From Candidatus Eiseniibacteriota bacterium (GTDB lineage Bacteria; Eisenbacteria; RBG-16-71-46; CAVPCR01): DNA of 64,000 bases. The stretch lies in NCBI GenBank assembly GCA_963823555.1, contig CAWGMA010000003.1:460506-524505 (forward strand). The letters are read 5' to 3'. Position 1 is the first letter of the stretch, and every line of letters starts with the position of its first letter. This document shows, piece by piece, positions 29,076-39,663 of this stretch. A program made the translations under genes and the position numbers. The notes under the pieces are model-generated. The model was not told the origin of the DNA and ran no database searches. It worked only from the letters and a program-made list of their open reading frames with translations.

Positions 29076-30081
29076 ATGGGTGAACATGTGAAGGTCGAGG
29101 TCACCGAGCCGCAGGCCATTCATGGCCACGAGATCCTGATCGTCGACGACGAGCCCTTCTTCCGTCGGAGTCTCGGCCTCGAGCTCGAGCGCCACGGATA
29201 CCGGGTGCGCACGGCGGCGAGCGGGGAAGATGCGATCGAGGCGATCCAGCAGCACCAGCCAGATCTCATCCTTCTCGACATGCGGATGCCGGGAATCGAC
29301 GGCACCGAGGTCTGCCGCCTCATCAAGCGTTCGTCGCGCACGTCGGCGATCCCGGTCATCATGCTGACCGTGGTCGACGGGCTTGATCGAGAAGGTCGCC
29401 GCCCTGCAGTGCGGAGCCAATGACTACCTGATCAAGGGTGTCTATGGCTTGAGCGAGCTGCACGCCCGCATCAAGAACGCGCTCGACCTGCGCGATCTGA
29501 ACCGGGATGCCAGCCCGCTGACGCAGCTGCCGGGAAACGCCGAGATCGAGCGCCAGCTCCGCCAGCGAGTGGCAAGCCGGGTGTCCTTCGCATTCCTCAA
29601 CATCGACATCGACGACTTCAAGGCCTACAACGATCTCTACGGCCACCTGCAGGGCGACCGGCTGATCCTGGTCACAGCCCAGCTCCTGAAGCGCTGTCTC
29701 GACGAGCATCTGGATGAAACCGCATTCCTCGGTCATGTCGGCGGTGATGACTTCATCATGATGTGCGCTCCGGAGCGGGCGCCCGCGCTCGCCAATGTCA
29801 TCATCCAGCAGTTCGACTCCATGGTCGCCGAATACATCGGGCCGCGCGAGCAGAAGCGCGGGTTCATCGAAGTTCAGGGGAGAACGGGGAAGCTGGAGCG
29901 TCACCGGTTGACGAGTCTCACCGTGGCCGGGGTGGGGATGCCGGGACAGGTGTTCGATCACGTGGGGGAGGTGAGTTCGCGGGCGGCCGAGCTCAAGCGC
30001 GTGGCCAAGGCGCGGGCGCGCCGCGGCGAGCGCGGAGCGGGAAGCCTGGTGGTCTGGGATCGTCGCACAACCATGCCGTGA
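29076..30081 (+). CDS. Response-regulator diguanylate cyclase (REC + GGDEF, PleD/WspR-like), split by a 1-bp insertion at about 29388
   Basis: REC domain (LIVDDEP...DLILLDMRMPGIDG...IPVIMLTVVDG) in frame 0. After an extra C (gat-C-gag) the next frame continues IEKVAALQCGANDYLIK and a GGDEF domain with a GGDDF active site. Confidence 0.8.
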
Positions 30082-30959
30082 TGCCCTTGATCTGGTGGTT
30101 CGGAGCGGGGGCGGCGCTCGGCGCCGCGATGGCCGTGGGGCTCGAGAGGTCCCGCTCCCGGGCGGCGCGTGCCAGCGCCGCGGTGTTGACCGGGTCGACC
30201 GGGGTTCTGGAGCAGGGTCTCGGCCTCGCCGAGCTCGAGCAGATGCGGCGAGAACGAGCAGCCGATCGCCGCCGGACCCGGCGCGCGCACCGGGTGGCGC
30301 GGCGCGCCGAGCGTCTCATGGGCATGGTGCGATGCCTGGCCGGGGCTGGACTCGATGAGCTCGCCCTGCGCAGCGTGCGCGCCGCGATCGACGACTTCGC
30401 GGCGGAAACTGCCTCATTCTGGGTCTTCGCCGGAAGGCGAGCGACCCTGGTGGCCAGCACCGGCCGCCGCAACATCCCCCCGGCCATCCCGGTGTGGCCC
30501 GAGGCCACGAGAGAGGGTCTGCCGCCGCGGGTGTCCGCAGACGGTCGGATGCACTATCTCTTGCTCCGGAACGAGCTCCGGGTCCCGGTCGGTTGTCTGG
30601 CGGTCGGGTTCGATTCCCCGCGCTCCCGGCGCCCCGCCGGGCTCGAGACCTATGCCGCGATCCTGGGGCCTTTCCTGGCGGCTGAGCTCGGCCGGCCGGC
30701 GGCGGAAGCCGAGGGCTTCGCGGACCCGACGTGCCTCTCGCCGCTTGAGACGGCGGGCGTCGTGCCGAAAAGAATAGAAGGGTGCCGGAACCCGACCGGA
30801 GTCATCCGCGGCGGGAATGCAGGACCAGAAGGGCAACCACGGGAGATCGGAAGAGGGAGGACGCCATGGCAAAGGGCAAGGTCCTCGTCGTCGATGACGA
30901 GGTTTACATCGTCCACATCCTGGACTTCAGCCTCAGGATGGAAGGATACGAGGTGGTGA
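30081..30959 (+). CDS. Hypothetical membrane-anchored protein (possible GAF-like sensor), 3' end uncertain
   Basis: Starts MPLIWWFGAGAALGAAMAVGL (TM helix) at the GGDEF stop codon. The tail after about 30780 looks non-coding-like and overlaps the next gene, so a further frame error or an earlier stop is possible. Confidence 0.35.
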   Translation: MPLIWWFGAGAALGAAMAVGLERSRSRAARASAAVLTGSTGVLEQGLGLAELEQMRRERAADRRRTRRAHRVARRAERLMGMVRCLAGAGLDELALRSVRAAIDDFAAETASFWVFAGRRATLVASTGRRNIPPAIPVWPEATREGLPPRVSADGRMHYLLLRNELRVPVGCLAVGFDSPRSRRPAGLETYAAILGPFLAAELGRPAAEAEGFADPTCLSPLETAGVVPKRIEGCRNPTGVIRGGNAGPEGQPREIGRGRTPWQRARSSSSMTRFTSSTSWTSASGWKDTRW

Positions 30960-31264
30960 CGGCGCTCGACGGCGAGCAAGCGCTCGAGAAGGTGAAGAGC
31001 GAACGCCCCGACCTCATCGTGCTCGACATCATGATGCCGAAGCTCGATGGCTACGACACCTGCAAGCGGCTCAAGGCCAGCCAGGACACGCGGGACATCC
31101 CGGTGATCCTCCTGTCGGCGAAGGGGCGGAACGTCGATCAGCGCATGGGATTCGAGGCCGGGGCCGACGACTACATCACGAAGCCGTTCAGTCCACGCAA
31201 GCTGGTGGAGAAGATCAACTCGATTCTCGCCCAGCCGACCCGCCGCCAGGACGCGGCGGCCTAG
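30866..31264 (+). CDS. Single-domain response regulator (CheY-like receiver)
   Basis: MAKGKVLVVDDEVYIVHILDF...DLIVLDIMMPKLDGY...LSAKG...ADDYITKPF. Strong RBS GGAAGAGGGAGG upstream. Confidence 0.85.
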   Translation: MAKGKVLVVDDEVYIVHILDFSLRMEGYEVVTALDGEQALEKVKSERPDLIVLDIMMPKLDGYDTCKRLKASQDTRDIPVILLSAKGRNVDQRMGFEAGADDYITKPFSPRKLVEKINSILAQPTRRQDAAA

Positions 31265-31400
31265 TTCTTCCTCCCGGGCGGCGCCGCTCCTCGGCGCCGC
31301 CGGTCTCCCGAGGGGTGCGCGCTTGCTTCTCGCCGAAGCGGGCGCGCGCCTGCTTGCCTGCCCGGTGCAGCCAGAGCGGGCGTGTGCTACGAATGGGTGC

Positions 31401-33641
31401 ATGCGCCAGCACCGCCGGCCGACCCCAACCGCCGAATCGTCCTCTGCCGCTTCACCCCTCGTGGCGGTGGCGGTGCCGGTCGGAATCGATCGCACCTTCG
31501 TCTACGCGGTTCCCAGCGATCTCGCCGCGCGCGCCGTGCCCGGGGCGCGCGTCGAAGTCCCTTTCCGGCGGCGGATCCTGACCGGGGTCATCGTGGCCCC
31601 AGCCTCCCACCGCCCAGCTGGGTCGCGCCTCCTTTCGCTCCGCGCCGTGCTCGACACCGAGCCCGCGCTCTCCCCCGAGCTCCTGGATTTCACGCGCTGG
31701 GTCGCCGATTACTATGCGGCACCGTGGGGGGAGGTGCTGCGTGCCGCGTTGCCGCAGGCAGTGGCGCCGGTCAAGCGCCGCCGCGGCAAGACGGAAGGGG
31801 AAGCGCTGGAGCCCGCCGGAGACGACCCCGGCGCAGTCCAAATCCGGGTGGACCCCGACGGCAAGACGCCCGTGCCTCCATCTCCACGCCCCGTGCTCAC
31901 CCCGGAACAGCAGCGCGCCCTGGCTCACATCGAGCAGCGGCTTGGCGCCGGGGACTTCCGGGTCGTGCTCGTGCGCGGGGTGACGGCCAGTGGCAAGACC
32001 GAGGTCTACGTGCGGGCGGCCGAGAGCGCGCTCGAGAAGGGCGGTCAGGTTCTCGTTCTGGTTCCCGAGATCGGGCTCTCGGTGCAGCTCGTGGACCGCT
32101 TCGTGGCGCGGCTCGGGGACCAGGTCGCGGTGCTCCATTCGGCCCTCACCGCGGCCGAGCGCCGGCGCCAGTGGGAGCGGGTCCGCGGCCGCGGGCTCCC
32201 GGTCGTGGTCGGCGCTCGTTCCGCCGTCTTTGCCCCGCTCGACCATCTGGCGCTCGTCATCGTGGACGAGGAGCACGAGGGGGCGTTCAAGCAGGATGAG
32301 GTGCCGCGCTACCACGCGCGCGACGCCGCGGTCATGCGCGGGCGGATGAGCCATGCGCTCGTCATTCTCGGCTCGGCGACCCCGAGCCTCGAGAGCGCCT
32401 ACAATGCGGCCCGCGGTCGCTACGACCTGCTCACGCTCGATCAGCGAGTTGACGCGCGACCACTGCCGGTGGTGACGATCGCCGACATGCGGCAGATCCA
32501 GGAGGAGGCGAGAGCGTCTCGTCTCGCGGCCCGCGCTGAAGCTCGCGCGGCCCGTGCCGAAGCTCGCGCGGCCGCCGAAGCTCGCGCGGCCGATGTCGTT
32601 CCCGGGTCTCCTCGATCCTCCGCGCCCCACACCGCCCCCGAACTCCCGCCCACGATCTCACCGCTCCTCGGCGCCGCCCTGGGTCGCGTTCTCGAACGGG
32701 GGGAGCAGGCCATCCTCTTCGTGCACCGCCGTGGCCATTCGAGCTTCGTCCAGTGCACGGAGTGCGGCGAGGCCGCCCGCTGCCCATCGTGCGCGGTCGC
32801 GCTCAGCTATCACGCTGTCGGCTACCTCCTGCGTTGCCATCACTGCAATCTACGCCGGCGCGCGCCCGAACGCTGTCCGAGCTGCGACGGAACACGATTC
32901 TGGTACGGAGGGGTCGGTACGCAGCGCGTCGAAGCCGAGATCCGCCGCCTCTACCCGAGCGCTCGCATTCTCCGCATGGATCTCGATTCGACGCGGCGAC
33001 GCGGGGCCCATCGCGACATGATCGAATCCTTCGCCCGGCGCGAGGCCGATGTCCTGCTCGGGACGCAGATGGTGGCGAAGGGACTCGACTTCCCCGAGGT
33101 CAGCCTGGTCGGGGTGGTGAGTGCCGATACGCTGCTCAATCTCCCCGACTTCCGGGCCGGCGAGCGTTCCTTCCAGCTCCTGACCCAGGTCGCCGGCCGC
33201 GCCGGCCGCGGCCCGGCCGGTGGCGAGGTCATCATCCAGACCTTCCTCCCGGATCATCCATCGGTGATCGCGGCGGCGACCCACGATTTCGGCGCCTTCT
33301 ACGCCGCGGCCATCGCCGAGCGCGAGGAGCTCGGATACCCGCCCTGCGGCGCGATGGCCCGCTTTCACCTCGATGGCCCGGAGGAAGAGCCCGTGGTCGA
33401 GGCCGCCGACGCCCTCCGCGCGGCGATCGGGGAGATGCCTTCCGATCTCACGGTGCTGGGCCCGGCTCCGCTACCCCTGCGCCGGCTTCGAGGGCGGGAG
33501 CGGTGGCATGTCACGCTTCTCGGGCGGGAACGGCGGCGCGTGCACGCGGAGGCGCGGCGGGCTCATGACCGGATGCTCGCCAGAGGGCTCCCCAGCCGGG
33601 TCCGGCTCCAGCTCGACCTGGATCCCGTCCACCTGCTCTGA
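31401..33641 (+). CDS. priA: Primosomal protein N' (replication restart helicase PriA)
   Basis: Walker A GVTASGKT, DEEH box, Cys4 zinc-binding region (CTECG...CPSC...CHHC...CPSC), C-terminal domain. Contains an Ala/Arg-rich repeat insertion. Confidence 0.9.
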   Translation: MRQHRRPTPTAESSSAASPLVAVAVPVGIDRTFVYAVPSDLAARAVPGARVEVPFRRRILTGVIVAPASHRPAGSRLLSLRAVLDTEPALSPELLDFTRWVADYYAAPWGEVLRAALPQAVAPVKRRRGKTEGEALEPAGDDPGAVQIRVDPDGKTPVPPSPRPVLTPEQQRALAHIEQRLGAGDFRVVLVRGVTASGKTEVYVRAAESALEKGGQVLVLVPEIGLSVQLVDRFVARLGDQVAVLHSALTAAERRRQWERVRGRGLPVVVGARSAVFAPLDHLALVIVDEEHEGAFKQDEVPRYHARDAAVMRGRMSHALVILGSATPSLESAYNAARGRYDLLTLDQRVDARPLPVVTIADMRQIQEEARASRLAARAEARAARAEARAAAEARAADVVPGSPRSSAPHTAPELPPTISPLLGAALGRVLERGEQAILFVHRRGHSSFVQCTECGEAARCPSCAVALSYHAVGYLLRCHHCNLRRRAPERCPSCDGTRFWYGGVGTQRVEAEIRRLYPSARILRMDLDSTRRRGAHRDMIESFARREADVLLGTQMVAKGLDFPEVSLVGVVSADTLLNLPDFRAGERSFQLLTQVAGRAGRGPAGGEVIIQTFLPDHPSVIAAATHDFGAFYAAAIAEREELGYPPCGAMARFHLDGPEEEPVVEAADALRAAIGEMPSDLTVLGPAPLPLRRLRGRERWHVTLLGRERRRVHAEARRAHDRMLARGLPSRVRLQLDLDPVHLL
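32530..32595 (+). repeat. Imperfect 18-21-bp tandem repeat (GCTCGCGCGGCC core, 3 copies) encoding EARAARA repeats inside priA
   Basis: gaagctcgcgcggcccgtgcc / gaagctcgcgcggccgccgaa / gctcgcgcggcc read directly in the sequence. Confidence 0.7.
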
Positions 33642-33720
33642 CCCCCGGCCGCCCATTGCATCTTCGCCGGCCCGCCCGTGCGCCGTGCATGTCCAGGGCT
33701 TCGGCGGCCCCCGTCATCGA

Positions 33721-33785
33721 GCCCATTAGTCATTTATTGATAACATATTACAAGATCACAAGAGGGAGGCACAGAGCATGCGATA
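33721..33785 (+). promoter_or_regulatory. AT-rich island (about 30% GC) with TTGATA box, perfect SD GAGGGAGG and ATG-CGA-TAG start-stop mini-ORF
   Basis: cccattagtcatttattgataacatattacaagatcacaagagggaggcacagagcATGCGATAG. A stretch this AT-rich is exceptional in this window. SD is 8 nt before the ATG at 33777, and a stop follows one codon later. Confidence 0.4.
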
Positions 33786-33922
33786 GGGGTCTCTCGCCTG
33801 GCTCACCACCCGCTGCCGCTGCCCCCCCTGGCGAGCTGCTCCGGGTCCAAGGCGAACTAGCGAGTCGGCTCCAGCCGCGCGTGCGCGGCGGCCGCGGGAG
33901 GTTCGACTCGCCGGGCACGAGA

Positions 33923-33967
33923 GGCCGGGATCCCTCTCCCCCTGGGATCCCGGCCTGCTTCTTGACC
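33923..33967 (+). terminator. Strong stem-loop (11-bp stem ggccgggatcc/ggatcccggcc) followed by TGCTTCTTG, possible terminator of a short transcript from the AT-rich island
   Basis: Perfect inverted repeat 33923-33933 / 33945-33955 with an 11-nt loop. Confidence 0.45.
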
Positions 33968-34105
33968 CCCGCTGCTCAGGCTAGGGGTCCATCCTCCTCG
34001 CGCCACTCCCCTCGGGGCCCGGCCGGCGCCCGCCGCCGGCGAGGTTGACGGCCCGGGTCGGAAGCGCCTAGGCTTTTCACGTCCCGCCCCGCGCGTACCG
34101 TCGTC

Positions 34106-34159
34106 CTCGATCTCCCGCGTGGACTCGATCTCCCGCGTGGACTCGATCTCCCGCGTGGA
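34106..34159. repeat. Three perfect tandem copies of an 18-bp unit CTCGATCTCCCGCGTGGA (iteron-like)
   Basis: 34106-34123, 34124-34141 and 34142-34159 are identical. About 80 bp upstream of the small ORF at 34241. Confidence 0.85.
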
Positions 34160-34240
34160 AATGTCACCTTTCGTCGAAGGCGGCTGGGCTTCTCTGCGCC
34201 GGCTTGCAAGGAACAGAGCTCTCCGCCGAGCTGGATCAAC

Positions 34241-34501
34241 ATGACAAGCGTTCGCATCGACATGAATGAACACGATCTCGTCCAGGTGAAGATCTTCGAG
34301 GCGCCGATGGATGCCTTGCAGTCGCTCGAGGAGAAGATCAACGCCTGGCTCCGCGACAACCGCGAGGCGCGGCTCGAGCGAGTGCAGTTCAACACGATCG
34401 AGACCAAGCGCGCGGTGGTCATTCTCTGGTACCTGTCGTCGACGCGCGCCTCGAGGGGCGTGGGTTTTGGCAGCGAGAAAGCCGCAACCAATCGCGACTA
34501 G
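34241..34501 (+). CDS. Small hypothetical protein (86 aa), lower GC than surroundings
   Basis: MTSVRIDMNEHDLVQVKIFEA... About 58% GC against about 70% locally. No recognisable motif. Confidence 0.4.
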   Translation: MTSVRIDMNEHDLVQVKIFEAPMDALQSLEEKINAWLRDNREARLERVQFNTIETKRAVVILWYLSSTRASRGVGFGSEKAATNRD

Positions 34502-34543
34502 CACGGCGTTCGCGTTTCAAGTCGCCGCCTCCTGGGGAGAGGC

Positions 34544-35548
34544 ATGAGCCTTGCCATCCTCTGGGAAGGGGACATCGATCCGGCGCCCCTCCATGATCTG
34601 AAGGTCGGCATCCTCGGCTACGGGAATCAGGGTCGCGCGCAGGCGCAGAACCTCCGCGATTCAGGTGTCCGCGTCGAGGTGGGGCTCCGGGCCGGGAGCG
34701 CCTCGAGCGAACGGGCCGCGGCCGATGGGATCGCGACCGCGTTACCGGAGGATGTGGTTCGCTGGGCCGACGTCGTGATGCTGCTCGTTCCCGACGAACA
34801 GCAGCCGGCGCTGCTCGCGGATCTCGCCAGCGCCTGGGTGGATGGCGGCCGGGGCAAGGCGATCGGATTCGCGCACGGGTTCAACTTGACCTACGGACGC
34901 GTCCGTCTGCCATCCGCGGTCCAGGTCTTTCTCGTCGCCCCCTGCGCCCCGGGCGAGCAGCTGCGCGAGGCGTTCCTGCGGGGCGGCGGGGTCTTTGCCT
35001 ACGCGGCGGTGGCGGGGGATTCCGGCCGTGGAACCCTGGATCTCGCTCTCGCCTATGCGCGCGCTCTCGGCTGCGCGCGCGCGGGAGTGCTGGTCACCAC
35101 CTTTCGCGACGAGACCGAAGTGGATCTCTTCGGAGAGCAGGCCGTGCTCTGCGGGGGCATGCACGCGTTGCTCACCGCGGCGTTCGACACCCTGGTGGCG
35201 GCGGGGTATCCGCCGGAGATGGCGTACCTCGAGTGCCAGGACCAGCTGGTGTGGCTTGCGGCGACCGTGCACGACCACGGGATCGCCGGGACGCGACGGC
35301 GGATCAGCTCGACCGCGCTCTATGGCGATCTGAGCCGTGGCCCGCGCATCGTCAGCGAGGGGGTGCGGAAGGTGCTGGCGGAACTGCTCGCCGAGATTCG
35401 CTCGGGCGAGTTCGCGCGCGAGTTCGAAGGGGAGATGGCGTCGGGGGGGGAGCGGGTCCGCAGCGCGCTCGCCGGCGCCGATACCCACTCGATGGAGGAG
35501 GTCGGCCGACGGCTGCGCAGAGCGCGTGGGGCCTCAGGCTCCGCCTGA
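34544..35548 (+). CDS. ilvC: Ketol-acid reductoisomerase (class I KARI)
   Basis: GYGNQG Rossmann motif, conserved KARI knotted C-terminal domain blocks ([16 protein letters not shown]). 334 aa. Confidence 0.85.
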   Translation: MSLAILWEGDIDPAPLHDLKVGILGYGNQGRAQAQNLRDSGVRVEVGLRAGSASSERAAADGIATALPEDVVRWADVVMLLVPDEQQPALLADLASAWVDGGRGKAIGFAHGFNLTYGRVRLPSAVQVFLVAPCAPGEQLREAFLRGGGVFAYAAVAGDSGRGTLDLALAYARALGCARAGVLVTTFRDETEVDLFGEQAVLCGGMHALLTAAFDTLVAAGYPPEMAYLECQDQLVWLAATVHDHGIAGTRRRISSTALYGDLSRGPRIVSEGVRKVLAELLAEIRSGEFAREFEGEMASGGERVRSALAGADTHSMEEVGRRLRRARGASGSA

Positions 35549-35883
35549 GGTCGGGGGCCGACGTGGGGTCCCGGGTTCCGGCCCGCCGGTACCCCGGCGC
35601 CGGGCAACCCGAGGACTTGACAGGGGCAAAGAAGCACGACTAGACTGCCGGCTGAAGACGGGTTCCCGGCCATCCCGCTCGGTCTCTTCCAGCATCGAAG
35701 CTTGCTCTTCACCAGACCAGCGTGAGCCGCAGGACTCGGATACCTACCCCGGCTTCGCCCGTCCTCCCGACCCGAGCCGTCGGTCGCGGTCTTCCGACTC
35801 GATTCCTTGCCCAAGCGCATCCACATCTGCGCCCCGCGGCTCATACCCCCGGTCATGCCAATGGCTGGGAGACAGAACTCAAA

Positions 35884-37211
<1,328 letters not shown>

Positions 37212-37297
37212 GGCCCGCCCCGGGCTGCTTTCGGGCCCCGCGCCGACGCCAGAATCCAGTACAATATCCCGGTTCCCTGTTCGCCAAGGAGAGGACC

Positions 37298-37540
37298 ATG
37301 AAGAAGGGTATCCACCCCGACTATCACCCGGTGAAGATCACCTGCCTGTGTGGCAACGTGATCGAGACCCGGGCAACAACCAAGGACATCCGCGTCGAGA
37401 TCTGCTCGAACTGCCACCCGTTCTTCACGGGCCGGCAGAAGCTGGTCGATACCGCCGGCCGTGTCGATCGCTACCGGCGCCGCTATGGGACCGATACCAC
37501 GAAGACGGCCGCCGACGCGGCAGCCCCGAGCGAGGGCTAG
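37298..37540 (+). CDS. rpmE: 50S ribosomal protein L31 (zinc-binding type)
   Basis: [20 protein letters not shown]...[10 protein letters not shown], with the CxxC...CxxC/H motif. Confidence 0.92.
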   Translation: MKKGIHPDYHPVKITCLCGNVIETRATTKDIRVEICSNCHPFFTGRQKLVDTAGRVDRYRRRYGTDTTKTAADAAAPSEG

Positions 37541-37562
37541 GGCCGCGCGCGGCCTCGAGATC

Positions 37563-38483
37563 ATGAGTGCAGGAAGCCGATACGCGCCGATAGGCGGCCA
37601 GGCGGTGATCGAGGGCGTCATGATGCGCTCGCCGTCCATGGTGGCGACAGCCGTCAGGCGACCGGACGGCTCGATCATCGTCCACAAGACGCCGTTCCGG
37701 TCGCTGTCGAAGCGGCTCAAGGTGTTCGGCTTGCCCATCCTGCGTGGCGCCGTCGGGCTCATCGAGTCGCTTCAACTCGGCTTCGGGGCGCTTTCGTTCT
37801 CGGCCGAGCAGCAGGTCGCCGAGGGCGAGGCAGAAAAGGTCCAGAAGAAGCGGCGATTCTCCTGGCTCGATCGCCTGGTCATGCCGGCGACCATCGTCCT
37901 CTCGCTGGGGCTCGGGCTCCTCATCTTCTTCTATGTCCCCTTGCTCCTGACCGAGCTCACCGGAGCGAAGAGCGGGATCCTCTTCAACCTGATCGATGGC
38001 GCTTTCCGCCTCGCCATCTTCCTGGCGTATCTCCTCATCATCAGCCGGTGGGGCGAGATGAAGCGAGTGTTCCAGTACCATGGCGCGGAGCACAAGTCGA
38101 TCGCGGCCCTCGAGGCCGGCGACCAGATGACGCCGGAACGGGTGGCGCGTTACTCCCGCTTCCATCCGCGCTGCGGTACGTCGTACCTCCTGATCGTGAT
38201 GCTGGCATCGATCGTGGTCTTCATGTTCCTCGGCCGGCCGGACACGGTGATGGAGCGAGTCCAGCGCTTCCTCTTCATCCCGCTCATCGGCGGTCTGGCC
38301 TTCGAGCTGACCCGGCTCTCGGGCAAGTGGTCGAACTTCCCGATCATGCAGGCCTTCATTCTCCCGGGCCTGCTCCTGCAACGCATCACCACCAGCGAAC
38401 CGACTCCCGAGCAGCTCGAGGTGGCCATCCGCTCGGTGCTCGAGGTGACCCGCGAATCGGGCGGGCGCATGATTCCGATCTGA
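37563..38483 (+). CDS. DUF1385 family membrane protein (YqhQ-like)
   Basis: [18 protein letters not shown]...[10 protein letters not shown] conserved DUF1385 blocks. Position between rpmE and prfA. Confidence 0.75.
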   Translation: MSAGSRYAPIGGQAVIEGVMMRSPSMVATAVRRPDGSIIVHKTPFRSLSKRLKVFGLPILRGAVGLIESLQLGFGALSFSAEQQVAEGEAEKVQKKRRFSWLDRLVMPATIVLSLGLGLLIFFYVPLLLTELTGAKSGILFNLIDGAFRLAIFLAYLLIISRWGEMKRVFQYHGAEHKSIAALEAGDQMTPERVARYSRFHPRCGTSYLLIVMLASIVVFMFLGRPDTVMERVQRFLFIPLIGGLAFELTRLSGKWSNFPIMQAFILPGLLLQRITTSEPTPEQLEVAIRSVLEVTRESGGRMIPI

Positions 38484-38521
38484 CGCCAGCGGCGTACCCA
38501 TCCCCATTCCCAAGAACCGTC

Positions 38522-39625
38522 ATGTCCCAGGAACACGCCAGTGAGCTCCTGAAGAAGGCCGGCGAGCTCGAAACCCGCATGCGCGAGATCGAGCAGAGCC
38601 TCTCCGATCCAGCCGTGGCGCGAAATCCGAACCGGCTCCGTGAGCTCGGCAAGGAACGCGCCGAGATCGAACCGGTGGTGACCCAGGCGGCGGCGCTGCG
38701 GCGCGTCATCGACGCGATTCGCGAGGCCGAGGAGCTGGTGCGCGCCGGAGGTGATCCCGAGTTCGTGGATCTGGCCCGGGTCGAGCTCGAGGAATCTCGA
38801 GATCAGCTCCCGGCCAGGATCGAGGCGCTTCGCGCCCTGCTCGTGCCGCGCGACCCGAATGACGACAAGAATGCGATCGTCGAGATCCGGGCCGGGACCG
38901 GCGGTGAGGAAGCAGCACTATTCGCCGCCGAGCTCTACCGCATGTACCAGCGCTATCTCGAGGAGAACGGGTTCGCGATCGAGGTCATGAACACCAACGA
39001 GACCGGGATCGGCGGCATCAAGGAAGTGATCTTGATGGCGCGCGGGCGGGGGGTGTTCGGCCGGCTCAAGCACGAATCGGGAGTGCACCGCGTGCAGCGG
39101 GTGCCCGTGACCGAGGGATCGGGCCGCATTCACACCTCGGCCGTCACGGTCGCGGTGCTGCCCGAGGCCGAGGAGGTCGAGATCGAGATCGACCCCGATG
39201 AGATCCGGGTCGATGTCTATCGGGCCACCGGGCCCGGTGGTCAGGGTGTCAACACGACCGACTCCGCCGTGCGCCTGACCCATCTCCCGACCGGACTCGT
39301 CGTCACGTGCCAGGACGAGCGCTCGCAGATCAAGAACCGGGCGAAGGCGATGGCCGTGCTCCGAGCGCGACTCCTCGATCAGCGCCGGCGTGAGCAGGAA
39401 GAGAAGATCACCGCCATGCGGCGGTCGGCCGTATCGACCGGCGATCGCTCGGCGCGCATCCGCACCTACAACTACCCGCAGGGACGCGTGACCGATCACC
39501 GCATCGGCCTCACACTCTATCGCCTGCCCGAGATTCTCGAGGGGGATCTCACCGAGCTGATCGAGGCGCTCGCCACCGCGACGAGCGAGGGGCAGCTCGG
39601 CATGATCGGCGGGGACGACGAGTAG
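38522..39625 (+). CDS. prfA: Peptide chain release factor 1
   Basis: GGQ motif ([18 protein letters not shown]) and PVT codon-recognition tripeptide (RF1-type). Confidence 0.93.
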   Translation: MSQEHASELLKKAGELETRMREIEQSLSDPAVARNPNRLRELGKERAEIEPVVTQAAALRRVIDAIREAEELVRAGGDPEFVDLARVELEESRDQLPARIEALRALLVPRDPNDDKNAIVEIRAGTGGEEAALFAAELYRMYQRYLEENGFAIEVMNTNETGIGGIKEVILMARGRGVFGRLKHESGVHRVQRVPVTEGSGRIHTSAVTVAVLPEAEEVEIEIDPDEIRVDVYRATGPGGQGVNTTDSAVRLTHLPTGLVVTCQDERSQIKNRAKAMAVLRARLLDQRRREQEEKITAMRRSAVSTGDRSARIRTYNYPQGRVTDHRIGLTLYRLPEILEGDLTELIEALATATSEGQLGMIGGDDE

Positions 39626-39663
39626 GCCGGCCCCCCCCGGCACGCGAACAGATCAGCTCCCAG

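Noticed and set aside
34106-34159. Possible CRISPR array
   Set aside because: The three 18-bp repeats are contiguous with no spacers. No other direct-repeat/spacer architecture exists in the window.
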